Counted from the stretch's first letter, positions 1 through 9,740 are shown. The stretch: 32,000 bases of DNA from Dickeya dadantii NCPPB 898 (GCF_000406145.1 NZ_CM001976.1:2921337-2953336); one strand, 5' to 3'. Program-made: numbers and translations. Notes: generated from the sequence alone by a model not told the origin.

Positions 1-1224
1 GGCGCTTTCGGTCCAGTCCGACAATACCGTGTAACCGTGGCGCTGCAGATACCCCGGATCCTGAATGACTTTAGGAATGATGTCCTGGCGGGTAAGTGTG
101 GTGGGCACGTTCCACGGCGGGTTCATCACCACATTGCTCAATGAGCTGTTCATCAGCGGCGTCTTGCGTTTCGGCTGACCGACAATCACCCTGGACGACA
201 AAATCTCCGCGCCATTCTGGTAGTAACTGAGCGAGTAGTTGGGAATGTTGACCACGATGCCGCTGCTGACTTTGTCCGGCACCAGTCGCAGGCGCTGGAT
301 ATTCAACGCCAGCAGCGTCGCGCGCATCTGCGAAGAGACATTGAGCCAGTCGCGGGTGCGTTTACCGATCACACCGTCATCCTGCAGCCCTTGCGAATGC
401 TGGAAGCGTTTCACCGCCTCCACAACCTCTCCTTCATAACGCAGCGGCGATACATTACCTGACGACGCCTCATTAAACAGCGGCATCGCGGCACCATCCT
501 GATTCAGCATGCCGGTTCGCAGCAGAATCTCTTTTAGCACCGGTAAAGCGCTGCTTTCATCGCCGGGGCGCAGTGAGTCCGCCAGTACCAGTTTCGGCCA
601 GGGGCGGTTGTCCGTCAGCATGGTTTTCAACGCATCGTGCATTTTTGCGTACTGGGAATGACGCGGCGCCAACGACGCCATAAACGCCAGCCCGTTGCCC
701 GATGCAACCGCCTGCTGCCACTGTTCAATCATCGCCGCCGATGGCATGGACAACTTATAGGGAACGCTGCTGTACAACCAACTGTTGCCGTTTTTCTCCA
801 CCCCGGCAACAAACTGCATGTACCCCAGCATGGCATCCGACAGCACCACATCGCGGGCAAAGCCGTTTAATTTCGGATCGGTCAACCAGGTGACCCAGGT
901 GGTGAATTGAGGTTGAATACCGGAAAGCGCGACTTCCGCCAACTGCTGTTGAAACGCTTTAACGACGCTGCTGTCGATCCACATCGGCTGCATGTGCTGG
1001 CGCGTATAAAGCGCGGTCAACTCGCTAAGATAATGCGGTGAAATACCGGCAGGCAAACCAGCGGTAACAGAGGTATGACTTTTTGACACGACCGATGGTA
1101 CCGCACTGCCCGATGCAGTCGGCGGAACCGCCTGAGCGGAAAACGAAGTCAACAGACTACCCAGCCAAATCGAGCCGGCTACCCCCAGAAGCAGTCTTTG
1201 CGTATTTCGTTCGACTAACAACAT
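1..1224 (-). CDS. ldtD: L,D-transpeptidase LdtD/YcbB, N-terminal about 408 codons; the C-terminus lies beyond position 1
   Basis: Hand translation of the minus strand from ATG (complement of 1222-1224) gives MLLVERNTQRLLLGVAGSIWLGSLLTSFSAQA..., a signal-peptide-like start. The frame stays open to base 1 (1224 nt = 408 codons). Blocks such as LSELTALYTRQHMQPMWIDSSVVKAFQQQLAEVALSGIQPQF, VEAVKRFQHSQGLQDDGVIGKRTRDWLNV, LALNIQRLRLVP and RVIVGQPKRKTPLMNSSLSNVVMNPPWNVP match E. coli YcbB as I recall it. It is missing from the ORF track because its stop is off-window. Confidence 0.9.
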   Translation of the reverse strand, partial: MLLVERNTQRLLLGVAGSIWLGSLLTSFSAQAVPPTASGSAVPSVVSKSHTSVTAGLPAGISPHYLSELTALYTRQHMQPMWIDSSVVKAFQQQLAEVALSGIQPQFTTWVTWLTDPKLNGFARDVVLSDAMLGYMQFVAGVEKNGNSWLYSSVPYKLSMPSAAMIEQWQQAVASGNGLAFMASLAPRHSQYAKMHDALKTMLTDNRPWPKLVLADSLRPGDESSALPVLKEILLRTGMLNQDGAAMPLFNEASSGNVSPLRYEGEVVEAVKRFQHSQGLQDDGVIGKRTRDWLNVSSQMRATLLALNIQRLRLVPDKVSSGIVVNIPNYSLSYYQNGAEILSSRVIVGQPKRKTPLMNSSLSNVVMNPPWNVPTTLTRQDIIPKVIQDPGYLQRHGYTVLSDWTESA

Positions 1225-1567
1225 CCATTTATCCCCTGTACATAAAATGACACTGCTTTTATCACACCGCGTTTTTCGCAACCGGCCGTTTCTGTTAGCC
1301 AATTATTTTTCGCAACCGATATATCCGTTGCAACAAACCGCCGTGGCGCATCGGAATATAACCGCATCGGAATAGTTCGCCCTGACGGGCAAACCCGCGT
1401 CACGAATAATGGCGGGGTACTCCCTAGTTTATACTGATTTTACGGCGCGGCATGGGAAATAATAAGCCAGTTACTCCCCTAATTCTGACCATCATACAGT
1501 CGGTTATCTTATCTTTCCCCACCGGCTTCGCCTACCGGGGCCGCACATTTTAGCTGGATCAGGAAAT

Positions 1568-3019
1568 TTAACTGGAACAGGAAATCTCCAGATGTTTACC
1601 CCATGTCGGAGGCAACGCGGCCAGATCGGCCATGTCCGGCTGATCCGCATACGGTTGACGTAATGCCTGATGCAAACGCCCGAGCAAGCCGACATCCTCT
1701 CGTTCCGCCTGTTCGATAGCCTGCTGAGCAAGATAATTACGTAACACATAACGCGGGTTGGACTGCCTCATGCGACGCTGGCGCTCAGCATCCTCCACGC
1801 TTTCCAACGCCAGCCGCTGACGGTACGCACTGAACCAACCGTCAAATGCCGGACGATCGATAAACACGTCCTGTAAAGGTGAGTGGCTGCTGTGCCGTTC
1901 TGTTTCCGACAAGAGTCGAAAAATATGGGTATAGTCCGCCAGCTCACGCTGCATCAGCTTCAACAACTCCACCAGCAACCTATTATCCTGCGCCTGCGGC
2001 GTATCAAAGCCGAGTTTAGCGCGCATCAGCTCGCCGAAACGCTGCATCAACGCGGGTTCATAGCGGTCCAGCGCCCGTTGCAGGATATCGCTGGACATCA
2101 GCCCCGATAGCGACTGCGCCAGGCGGTGCAGATTCCACAACGCCACCGCCGGCTGATTATCAAATGCGTAACGCCCCTGATGATCCGAATGATTACAGAT
2201 GTAGCCGGGCTGATAATCGTCCATAAAACCGTACGGGCCGTAGTCGATGGTAAGACCAAGAATGGACATATTGTCGGTATTCATCACACCGTGGGCAAAC
2301 CCAACGGCCTGCCAGTGAGCAATCAACCGCGCGGTGCGTTCCACGACATCGCAGAACCACAGGTAATAGCGATCGGTTTCCTGCTGCCACTGCGGCCAGT
2401 GGCATGCGATGACATACTCCGCCAGTTGGCGCACTTTTTCCGGTTCGCGGCGGTAGTAGAAATGTTCGAAGTGACCGAAACGGACATGGCTATCCGCCAC
2501 CCGCAATAGCATCGCCCCCCGTTCTTCCTGCTCGCGCCGTACCGGATGGTCGCTGCTGACGATGGTCAAGGCTCGCGTGGTGGGGATGCCGAGATGGTGT
2601 AACGCTTCCGACGCCAGAAATTCGCGCACTACGGAGCGCAATACCGCCCGGCCGTCTCCCATGCGTGAATAGGGGGTCAAGCCCGCGCCTTTGAGATGCC
2701 AGTCTTGTGTACGTCCATCCGCCAGTTGCTGTTGTCCGAGCAGGATACCGCGCCCGTCACCCAACTGCCCGGCCCAGACTCCGAACTGATGACCACTGTA
2801 TACCTGAGCCAGCGGCGCCATGCCCGGTAACAGCTGTTCTCCGGCCCAGATGCGGCTGTTGTCACCGTCAAACCAGTCTTCCGATAACCCCAGTTCCTGA
2901 GCAAGCGTGGCGTTATGATATAGCAAACGCGCGCCCTGCAATGGCGTGGGTGTCAGCTCGGTGTAAAACCCCGGAAGTTGCTGGTGATAATGGTTATTGA
3001 ATAGAAGGCGATGCGGCAT
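1568..3019 (-). CDS. selO: Protein adenylyl/UMP-transferase SelO (YdiU), pseudokinase-fold
   Basis: 483-aa ORF with an ATG start and a GGGGGA Shine-Dalgarno motif upstream. It is full length and colinear with the YdiU/SelO family ([45 protein letters not shown] motifs). It sits next to a ydiV-like gene, as in E. coli. Confidence 0.95.
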   Translation of the reverse strand: MPHRLLFNNHYHQQLPGFYTELTPTPLQGARLLYHNATLAQELGLSEDWFDGDNSRIWAGEQLLPGMAPLAQVYSGHQFGVWAGQLGDGRGILLGQQQLADGRTQDWHLKGAGLTPYSRMGDGRAVLRSVVREFLASEALHHLGIPTTRALTIVSSDHPVRREQEERGAMLLRVADSHVRFGHFEHFYYRREPEKVRQLAEYVIACHWPQWQQETDRYYLWFCDVVERTARLIAHWQAVGFAHGVMNTDNMSILGLTIDYGPYGFMDDYQPGYICNHSDHQGRYAFDNQPAVALWNLHRLAQSLSGLMSSDILQRALDRYEPALMQRFGELMRAKLGFDTPQAQDNRLLVELLKLMQRELADYTHIFRLLSETERHSSHSPLQDVFIDRPAFDGWFSAYRQRLALESVEDAERQRRMRQSNPRYVLRNYLAQQAIEQAEREDVGLLGRLHQALRQPYADQPDMADLAALPPTWGKHLEISCSS

Positions 3020-3145
3020 AATTCCCCCTTTTCTCGTCAGTGTAGAACTGCGACAGGAGAATTAACACGGAGTAAATATAGGGATATTCGCCGTATGGAA
3101 AAATTAATAGTGCAAATAAGATAGCTGGCGGATGGCAAACAAGTA

Positions 3146-3177
3146 GCGGGCGTCGACCACAGACGAAGAACGCCCGC
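3146..3177 (-). terminator. Candidate intrinsic terminator downstream of the ydiV-like gene
   Basis: 8-bp GC-rich stem gcgggcgt / acgcccgc (3146-3153 and 3170-3177) with a 16-nt loop. It starts 7 nt after the stop and, on the minus strand, is followed by TACTTGTTTGCC (moderately T-rich). Confidence 0.45.
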
Positions 3178-3183
3178 ATTCAC

Positions 3184-3918
3184 TCATCCGTAACAGGCTA
3201 CCGGCATCAGCGCATTATCCAGCGCTTCCGGCGACAAGGACGGCCATAATTGCCCCTGTACAGCGTTGACGTCAAGCTCACAGATTTTTTCAAAACTGGC
3301 TATATTATCAATCCCTTTCGCCACGACTTGCAGCGAGGGACAATGTTTTTTCATCACCTGCAACATCGGATTAATAATAGAAACAGACGCGGGTCGAATT
3401 AATAATTTATTGATAAACGCGGCGTCCATTTTCACACTGGAAACCATGCCATCATAAAATGGTTTCAGATTCATTTTCCCGGAACCAAAATTATCCAGCC
3501 ACAAATCAAAAGACTGGCTTAATTTAGTTAATTGGGCGTTATCTCGCCCACGGGATATATCAGGGAAATTCTCATTAATTTCAAGTTGCAAAAAAGGCAG
3601 CGCACGAAACTCACGCCCCAGTGACTCATCGTTAATCAGAAACTCCGTCAATGTATGATCGATCTTCAGCAGAACGGTCACCCGGTTATTGATAAACCAG
3701 GCTGATTTATCTTTCAGAATTGCCAGTTGCTCTCTCAGCAACGTCTGCTTCTGCCGGCGGCTCAGCATGCCCAGTAAGATTTCCTGTGGCATGGACAAAT
3801 TTCCTGCCGCGCTCTGGAAACGCCCGATCATCTCTAGCGCCAGCAACCGTGAGTCCAGATGATAAATCGGAGAGAAAAGATACTGACTGACATAGTCAAC
3901 TTCAAGCTGGATACGCAT
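3184..3918 (-). CDS. ydiV: Degenerate EAL-domain protein, YdiV-like (anti-FlhD4C2 family in E. coli and Salmonella)
   Basis: 244-aa ORF that aligns along its length with E. coli YdiV as I recall it (ELINENFP, KDN..L..LSQ, FDG, ALQG.LWP blocks). Canonical EAL metal and catalytic positions are altered: LDNFGSG replaces DDFGTGYS, AKGID replaces EGVE, and LLKID replaces the Asn loop. It is visibly more AT-rich than its neighbours. No clear Shine-Dalgarno motif. Confidence 0.75.
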   Translation of the reverse strand: MRIQLEVDYVSQYLFSPIYHLDSRLLALEMIGRFQSAAGNLSMPQEILLGMLSRRQKQTLLREQLAILKDKSAWFINNRVTVLLKIDHTLTEFLINDESLGREFRALPFLQLEINENFPDISRGRDNAQLTKLSQSFDLWLDNFGSGKMNLKPFYDGMVSSVKMDAAFINKLLIRPASVSIINPMLQVMKKHCPSLQVVAKGIDNIASFEKICELDVNAVQGQLWPSLSPEALDNALMPVACYG

Positions 3919-4241
3919 AGTGTTATAGCCAGATTAAAAGGTTGAACCCGCCGTAACGGGCAGTCAAACAACACATGTCTGACCTAGTCCTATTCGCCGC
4001 TACCACTTCAGAAACATTAAGGATTATTAACAATAATATTCAGACGGGGCGCATAATATTATGCTGATTCAACAACGTGCGCCTAAACACCCGTAAGAAT
4101 ATATAATAAATAACCCCAATTCTTTTCACGCGAATACCATTTGGTTACTAACGAAACCGATACTAATCTATAATTCGGCGGTGTCGAAAAACAATCCGTT
4201 TTTCATTTTTCAGACAAAGCCCTAATACCCATTTCAAATTA

Positions 4242-5258
4242 TTAACGAATACCTTCCGATAACCAGACAATCAACGCGTTTATTTCGTTATGTTGTTGAG
4301 GAAAATCTACCGCCAGACGCTCGCCGACCACCAGCAACGCATCCGGGCGGTATGACACCCCTTCCAGCCGCTCAGCCAGCGCTTCCAGCGGTGTGGGATT
4401 GAGGCTATCGGTAAAAAGCTGACAGCGGCTGATGACGCCACGCTCCACATCGAAGTGCAGTTCTACACCGCCCCAGTCAAAACGGGTATCCAGCATATGG
4501 CTAAATTCCGGCGCCTGACCAAAATTCCACGCCCAGCTGCTCTGGCGCGCGAACAATTCAGCGAATCCCGGCAGATCCGGCAAAACGTCAGGTGAGATAA
4601 TTTCCGGCTGGCACCGGGTTTGATAATGTTCGAAAAATGCCTGCGTAATGGCATCGCAAACCGTCTCATGGCTAATCTCCGGTAACAGCTCCACCAGATT
4701 AGCCACCCGCGAGCGTACAGATGCAATACCTTTGGCTTGCAGTTTCTTAACATCCGGATTGAGGTAATCCGCCAGACGGGACAGATTGGCCGCCAGCAGC
4801 AACGTACCATGATGAAAACCGCGATCGGCGCTTTCCCGATAGGCGGAACCGGAAATCTTTCTGACGCCATCCGCGGTTTCGACCACCAGATCGTTGCGCC
4901 CCGATGCCTGCGCCGTCACCCCGCACGTCGTCAACGCCCGCAGGATAATGCCGGTGGAAACGCTCTTGTCATAGCCGGGTTTGCCCGCCATGAAGGTAAA
5001 ACAGGTATTGCCGAGATCATGGAATACCGCCCCGCCGCCGCTACTGCGCCGCGCCAGTTTGATGCCGTCCTGCTCCATGCGCCGGGTATTACACTCTTTC
5101 CACGGGTTCTGCGCCCGACCGATCACCACGGTTTCAGCATTGCGCCACAAAAACAGCACCCGCTGCGTGGTCGGCATTTGGCGGAAAATGCACTCTTCCA
5201 CCGCCAGATTAAACCAGGGGTCGACAGAATCGGAAATCAGCAAACGCAGTGCAGGCAT
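4242..5258 (-). CDS. lplA: Lipoate-protein ligase A
   Basis: 338-aa ORF, near-colinear with E. coli LplA ([58 protein letters not shown]). GGAG Shine-Dalgarno motif 7 nt upstream of the ATG. Confidence 0.96.
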   Translation of the reverse strand: MPALRLLISDSVDPWFNLAVEECIFRQMPTTQRVLFLWRNAETVVIGRAQNPWKECNTRRMEQDGIKLARRSSGGGAVFHDLGNTCFTFMAGKPGYDKSVSTGIILRALTTCGVTAQASGRNDLVVETADGVRKISGSAYRESADRGFHHGTLLLAANLSRLADYLNPDVKKLQAKGIASVRSRVANLVELLPEISHETVCDAITQAFFEHYQTRCQPEIISPDVLPDLPGFAELFARQSSWAWNFGQAPEFSHMLDTRFDWGGVELHFDVERGVISRCQLFTDSLNPTPLEALAERLEGVSYRPDALLVVGERLAVDFPQQHNEINALIVWLSEGIR

Positions 5259-5304
5259 GACGAAACTCCGAATAGCAGCAGACCGCCGTTGGGCGGCCGG
5301 AAAA

Positions 5305-5769
5305 TCAGATGCGGCGGGCCTGCCAATAGGCCCGTTTCCAGTAAACGTTGTTCAACGACGATCGCATAACGCCGCGGCTGGTGGAGGCATGAATAAACTG
5401 GTCATTATTGTCGTAAATACCGACATGCAGCCCATTCTCGCCGCTACCGGTACGGAAAAAGACTAGGTCGCCCGGCAGTAGCGCGTCGCGGTCGACGCGA
5501 GTGCCGACTTCAGTTTGTTCCTCGGTAGAACGCGGCAGCGTCAGGCCGAACCGATCACGAAACGTCAGATAAACGAAACCGGAGCAATCGATACCGTTCT
5601 GATCCAGCCCGCCATAGCGATAGGGCGTGCCACGCCACTTCGCCAGTTGGGCGTGCAACTGCGATCGCACCTCGCTGGCATCGCCCAAACGGGTACTCTG
5701 CGGAACGTGGCTGCTGCATCCAGCAAGAAACAGCGCCACCAGTATTAGCCAGAATCTCCAGAACTTCAT
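5305..5769 (-). CDS. nlpC: NlpC/P60-family lipoprotein peptidoglycan endopeptidase
   Basis: 154-aa ORF with the lipobox LFLAGC|SS. Carries the NlpC/P60 catalytic block GTPYRYGG...GIDCSGFV and ends in [26 protein letters not shown]...WQARRI, as in E. coli NlpC. Adjacent to btuD, as in E. coli. Confidence 0.93.
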   Translation of the reverse strand: MKFWRFWLILVALFLAGCSSHVPQSTRLGDASEVRSQLHAQLAKWRGTPYRYGGLDQNGIDCSGFVYLTFRDRFGLTLPRSTEEQTEVGTRVDRDALLPGDLVFFRTGSGENGLHVGIYDNNDQFIHASTSRGVMRSSLNNVYWKRAYWQARRI

Positions 5770-5955
5770 GCATCATGCTCGCTGTTAACGGGGAGCCCCC
5801 ACAAAAACCGAATTACGTCATATTATCATTCGTGTCCGGACATTAATCGGCCGAAAACAGAGAATTTTTCTGTTGTGACAGCGCGTTACGCAGCACATTT
5901 TGCCCGGCGTCACACCATAACCAGCCGGAAACCATACCGACGTGTCCCGACGCCG

Positions 5956-6726
5956 TCATTCCTGCTGCGCCAGCATCCAGTGGCGACCGTCCAGCGCATA
6001 GCGTGTAAACGCCACCCCAAACACCGGCGACAGCGCTTCCGGCTGCATAACATCGGCCGTTGCCCCTTGCACCATCAGCTCACCACGCGACATCAGCCAT
6101 ACCCGGTCGGCATGGTGCAAGGTATGGTTCAGGTCGTGACCCGACGCGATGACCGCAACCCCAGCCCGGCATAACTCGGCCAGCAATGCATCCAGCGCCA
6201 CACGTTGGGCGATATCCAGACTGGCGGCGGGTTCATCCAGCAACAATAGCCGGGCCGAAGGATTCAGCGTCGGCCAGACTTGCAGCAGCACCGCCGCTAA
6301 TCTGACCCGCTGCCATTCGCCGCCGGAAAGCTGGGTCAGCGGACGACGCAGTTTATCCGCCAGCGACAATCGCTCGGCTAACTGTTGCACCACAGCATCC
6401 ACGCTTTCGGCATCGCTGTGCGATGGCTGGTGCAATTGCAAGTACTGGAACACCGGCATCAAGGCCAGCGCGCTATGCTGTTGCGGTAGGTAGGCGCGTA
6501 CCCTTGCCAGATCGCGCGCCGACCAGGCGGCGATCGTCTGCCCCAACAGCAGCGCCTCGCCGTCCCCCGGCTGCAATCCAGCCATTAGCGCCAGCAGCGT
6601 GCTTTTACCCGCACCATTGGGACCAATAATATGCACCAGTTCGCCGGGGCGACAGCGTAACGTCACCGACGACAAACGCCCGGCGACGCTAACGTTGTGC
6701 AGGTACAGCAACGGCTGGGCAGACAC
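5956..6726 (-). CDS. btuD: Vitamin B12 ABC importer, ATP-binding subunit
   Basis: 256-aa ORF with Walker A GPNGAGKST, signature LSGGEWQRV and Walker B LLLLDEP. Part of the btuC-btuE-btuD order. The start is GTG (complement of 6724-6726), 2 nt after the btuE stop, which suggests translational coupling. Confidence 0.92.
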   Translation of the reverse strand: MSAQPLLYLHNVSVAGRLSSVTLRCRPGELVHIIGPNGAGKSTLLALMAGLQPGDGEALLLGQTIAAWSARDLARVRAYLPQQHSALALMPVFQYLQLHQPSHSDAESVDAVVQQLAERLSLADKLRRPLTQLSGGEWQRVRLAAVLLQVWPTLNPSARLLLLDEPAASLDIAQRVALDALLAELCRAGVAVIASGHDLNHTLHHADRVWLMSRGELMVQGATADVMQPEALSPVFGVAFTRYALDGRHWMLAQQE

Positions 6727-6728
6727 CG

Positions 6729-7280
6729 TTATTGCGCCAGCGCCTGCTCAATCGCTTTGATAATCGCGCCGTCATCCGGCGTCATATCCGGAGAGAAACG
6801 TGCTATCACCTCGCCACGGCGGTTAACCAGAAATTTCTCGAAGTTCCACAGGATATCGCCCGGATGAGCCGGTGCCTGCCCTTTGCTAACGCGGCGCTCG
6901 TAGAATTCGCTACCTTGTGGTCGCAGCGCCTCCGGCTGTGCCTGAATCAGCGCCTGATACAACGGGTGACGCCCGCTCCCGTTGACGTTAATTTTGCCGA
7001 ACATCGGGAACTGTACGCCGAAGGTCCCGCGACAAAACGCGTTGATCTCTTCGTTGCTGCCCGGTTCCTGCCCGGCGAATTCGTTGGAAGGGAAGCCCAG
7101 TACCGCGAATCCGCGGTCACGATAGGTTTCGTACAGATTCTCCAGCGCTTCATACTGCTTGGTCAGCCCGCACTGCGAGGCGACGTTGACTACCAGCAGC
7201 ACATTATTGCGCCAGTTTTCCAGTGATGCCTGACGGCCATCGATGGTTTGCAGGGGAATTGCGTATAGCGTATTGCTCAT
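6729..7280 (-). CDS. btuE: Glutathione/thioredoxin peroxidase BtuE (Cys-type GPx)
   Basis: The track ORF extends to 7538, but that extension overlaps btuC and has nonsense composition. ATG at 7278-7280 gives MSNTLYAIPLQTIDG... (183 aa) with an AAGGA Shine-Dalgarno motif 6 nt upstream. Has the GPx active-site block NVASQCGLT and the WNFEKFL motif. Confidence 0.93.
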   Translation of the reverse strand: MSNTLYAIPLQTIDGRQASLENWRNNVLLVVNVASQCGLTKQYEALENLYETYRDRGFAVLGFPSNEFAGQEPGSNEEINAFCRGTFGVQFPMFGKINVNGSGRHPLYQALIQAQPEALRPQGSEFYERRVSKGQAPAHPGDILWNFEKFLVNRRGEVIARFSPDMTPDDGAIIKAIEQALAQ

Positions 7281-7354
7281 TGTCTGTTCCTTTTTCGTCA
7301 AACCGGCTTGTCCGCCGGCCTGTTCATCATTGCGGGAATTATGCATTGCGGGAA

Positions 7355-8356
7355 TTACGCCTGATGGCGCAGCAGCAGCCAGATAAACCAGGGCGCCCCC
7401 AGCGTGGCGGTAACTACGCCAACCGGCAGTTCCGCGGTCGCCAGCAACGTGCGCGCCAGCGTATCCGCCAACATCAGCACAACGGCGCCGGCCAGTCCAC
7501 ACCCGGTTAATAGATAGCGCTGATCGGTCAGCCCGCACAAGCGCAAAATATGCGGGATGACCAACCCGACAAAGCCGATCACACCAGCCAGCGCCACGCT
7601 GACGCCCACCAGAACGCCCATCGCCAGCACCAGCACATTACGCCAGTAAAACACCGCGACCCCCAGTTGCCGGGCAGCCATCTCGCCCAGCGCCAGTTGA
7701 TTGAGCACCCCGCCGCAGCGCGCCAGCCAGACCAGCAGCGGCAGCATCAGTAACATCAATCCGCCGTAGCGCCAGTCGACCCCGCTGAAGCTCCCCATCA
7801 TCCAGTACATCAGTTGGCGCAAATCAAGGCTGGTGCTGAAATAGACCGCCCAGGTCATCAGCGCATTACAGATAATGCTCAGCGCCACCCCGATCAGCAG
7901 CAGACGCGCGTTGGATACCCCGGAGCGGGAAAAACGCAGCAGCATCAGTGTGACCAACAGCGCGCCCGCGATGGCGCACAGGCTAAGGCTCCAGACCGGC
8001 AGCAAACCTTGCCCGATCAACACCGCCAGCACCAGCGCCACGCCGGCGCCGCTGGATACGCCGAGCAGCCCCGCCTCCGCCAGCGGATTATCGAACACCG
8101 CCTGCATTACCGCGCCGCCCATCGCCAGCCCCGCCCCGACCAGCATCACCGCCAGCGTGCGCGGCAACCTGAGCTGCCAGATGAATAACGATGCGTCCGA
8201 GTCCAGCCAGTGCGTCGGCCCAATCCAGCGCTCGCCGGCGCACAGGCTCATCGCCACGCCGACCACCAGCAACAGCCATAACCCCAACAACCGCTGACGA
8301 TCTCGCCTGCGCTGTTGCTGTTTCAATTGGGTATAACGCACCGGGGTTGACTGCAT
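7355..8356 (-). CDS. btuC: Vitamin B12 ABC importer, permease subunit
   Basis: 333-aa polytopic membrane ORF of the FecCD/BtuC family ([35 protein letters not shown]). Operon context with btuE and btuD. Confidence 0.93.
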   Translation of the reverse strand: MQSTPVRYTQLKQQQRRRDRQRLLGLWLLLVVGVAMSLCAGERWIGPTHWLDSDASLFIWQLRLPRTLAVMLVGAGLAMGGAVMQAVFDNPLAEAGLLGVSSGAGVALVLAVLIGQGLLPVWSLSLCAIAGALLVTLMLLRFSRSGVSNARLLLIGVALSIICNALMTWAVYFSTSLDLRQLMYWMMGSFSGVDWRYGGLMLLMLPLLVWLARCGGVLNQLALGEMAARQLGVAVFYWRNVLVLAMGVLVGVSVALAGVIGFVGLVIPHILRLCGLTDQRYLLTGCGLAGAVVLMLADTLARTLLATAELPVGVVTATLGAPWFIWLLLRHQA

Positions 8357-8660
8357 GGGCCGCCTGCAATGAAAAATCGGACAATGGCGATCATGATGCG
8401 CATATCCGCAGTGATATCAAGCTGATGCCGGAAATTTTCGCCAGGGAATGGAAAGTGGCTCGCAAAGTATGACGCAAGGGATAACGTATGGCGCTAAAGG
8501 AGCCTGCGCCCCATTCCCCTGCTGCATTGTATGAGATGTGATTATCTTATCCAGATTGATTGTTTTTTAATCGCCGCAATCTCGGCTACCTTTATAGCTA
8601 TAGGTGATTATCAACACGCCTATTAGATCATCATCAACCAGTCATCCTGCGGGGTAAATT

Positions 8661-8915
8661 ATGCTGATATCCCTTCTGCGCACGCTGTATCGCGCCCGGC
8701 GAAAAAACGACAGTCGGCAGAGCGAACCATCCAACAACTGCGTCGAATGCGAATACAGTTTCTATAACCACGAAGCCAACCTGCCATTCGACCAGATTGA
8801 AGAGTGCCTGCGCGCCCGCCGCGATGCGCTGATGCGGGAACATCCTCCGCTGACCGAGCCCATGCCCAGCGCCATACGCCCGCGCTGGGCGGGGAAGTCA
8901 TCAGGCTCAGGCTGA
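8661..8915 (+). CDS. Hypothetical small protein (84 aa), no family recognised
   Basis: ATG ORF in a region otherwise free of genes. GGGG lies about 7 nt upstream as a possible Shine-Dalgarno motif. Third codon positions are strongly G/C-biased, like the neighbouring real genes (hand count about three quarters). The N-terminus is basic ([13 protein letters not shown]) and the middle is acidic and Cys-containing (CVECEYSF...QIEECL). Its last 9 nt overlap the convergent cobB 3' end. No homology is recognisable by eye. Confidence 0.4.
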   Translation: MLISLLRTLYRARRKNDSRQSEPSNNCVECEYSFYNHEANLPFDQIEECLRARRDALMREHPPLTEPMPSAIRPRWAGKSSGSG

Positions 8916-9740
8916 TGACGCCAGCGAGTGCCGCGCCAGCCAGGTGCGAACGAACTCCACCACCACCTTGCTGGCAGGGCCATAGATGTGTTCGTCGAAC
9001 TGGCTCTGCACCTGGCTGGGTTCCAGGTTCAGTTCCACCGTATGTGCGCCGTGCACTCGCGCTTCGTGCACAAAGCCGGCAGCCGGATAGACATGGCCCG
9101 AGGTGCCGATGGCAACAAACAGGTCGGCTTCCGACAGCGCATGATAAATGTGTTCCATCTCCAGCGGCATTTCGCCAAACCACACCACGTGCGGGCGCAA
9201 CGGCGCCGGAAACTGGCAGCAGTGGCAACGCTCGTCCGCCGAAACATCGCCCGTCCACTCAAAAACCTGCCCGCTCTGGCTGCAACGCACTTTCAACAGT
9301 TCGCCATGCATGTGGATGATGCGCTTACCACCGGCGCGTTCATGCAGATTGTCAATGTTCTGGGTGACCAGCAGGAAATGATCGCCGAGCGCCGCCTCCA
9401 GTTCCGCCAGCGCCAGATGTGCGGCGTTGGGCATAATCTCCGGCTGTTGTAGCTGGCGGCGACGCTGGTTATAAAAATTCTGCACCGTTTGCGGATCGCG
9501 ATGAAACCCTTCCGGAGTGGCGACATCCTCCACCCGATGCTCTTCCCACAGTCCATCCGAGGCACGAAACGTGCGAATACCGGATTCGGCAGAAATCCCT
9601 GCTCCGGTAAGGACAACAACACGTGGTTTATTCACGTTTTTGACCACCAGATAATCAAGATGAAAAATGCGGGCACACAAACGCTGATGACGGAGACGCT
9701 TTCGCTGCCGAAAACGGTGTAATCGCTGACGCGAGTGCAT
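8907..9740 (-). CDS. cobB: NAD-dependent protein deacylase (sirtuin) CobB, long isoform with basic N-terminal extension
   Basis: 277-aa ORF with a strong AAGGAG Shine-Dalgarno motif 5 nt upstream of the ATG. Has [25 protein letters not shown], the zinc-ribbon CxxC...CC and [12 protein letters not shown] motifs. The N-terminal segment [13 protein letters not shown] resembles that of the E. coli long isoform. cobB-nagK-lolEDC synteny matches E. coli. Confidence 0.95.
   Translation of the reverse strand: MHSRQRLHRFRQRKRLRHQRLCARIFHLDYLVVKNVNKPRVVVLTGAGISAESGIRTFRASDGLWEEHRVEDVATPEGFHRDPQTVQNFYNQRRRQLQQPEIMPNAAHLALAELEAALGDHFLLVTQNIDNLHERAGGKRIIHMHGELLKVRCSQSGQVFEWTGDVSADERCHCCQFPAPLRPHVVWFGEMPLEMEHIYHALSEADLFVAIGTSGHVYPAAGFVHEARVHGAHTVELNLEPSQVQSQFDEHIYGPASKVVVEFVRTWLARHSLASSA

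Noticed and set aside
1215-1403. 62-aa ORF on the minus strand overlapping the ldtD start and promoter region.
   Set aside because: It overlaps the ldtD start codon out of frame, has no Shine-Dalgarno motif, and has odd composition. The region is better explained as ldtD regulatory DNA.
6729-7538. The longest-ORF N-terminal extensions given in the track for btuE (to 7538), nagK (to 10810), nagZ (to 31350), ycfJ (to 27613) and the LacI regulator (from 25788).
   Set aside because: The extensions overlap upstream genes or repeat-filled spacers and have nonsense composition. They lack Shine-Dalgarno motifs. Internal starts with good Shine-Dalgarno motifs reproduce the ortholog N-termini.
8357-8660. 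Possible cobalamin riboswitch upstream of btuC, prompted by GGGAA-containing stretches such as GCCAGGGAATGGAAAGTGG.
   Set aside because: I found no B12-box (AGYCMGGAGACCKGCC-like) or conserved GCCACTG pairing on either strand. The GGGAA stretch is on the strand opposite to btuC. The E. coli btuCED operon is not riboswitch-controlled.
8907-9740. The SIR2-domain protein as part of a defence system (Thoeris/DSR/SIR2-HerA-like).
   Set aside because: The sequence is colinear with housekeeping CobB and keeps the conserved cobB-nagK-lolEDC synteny. There are no partner genes (TIR, HerA, Argonaute or similar) nearby.
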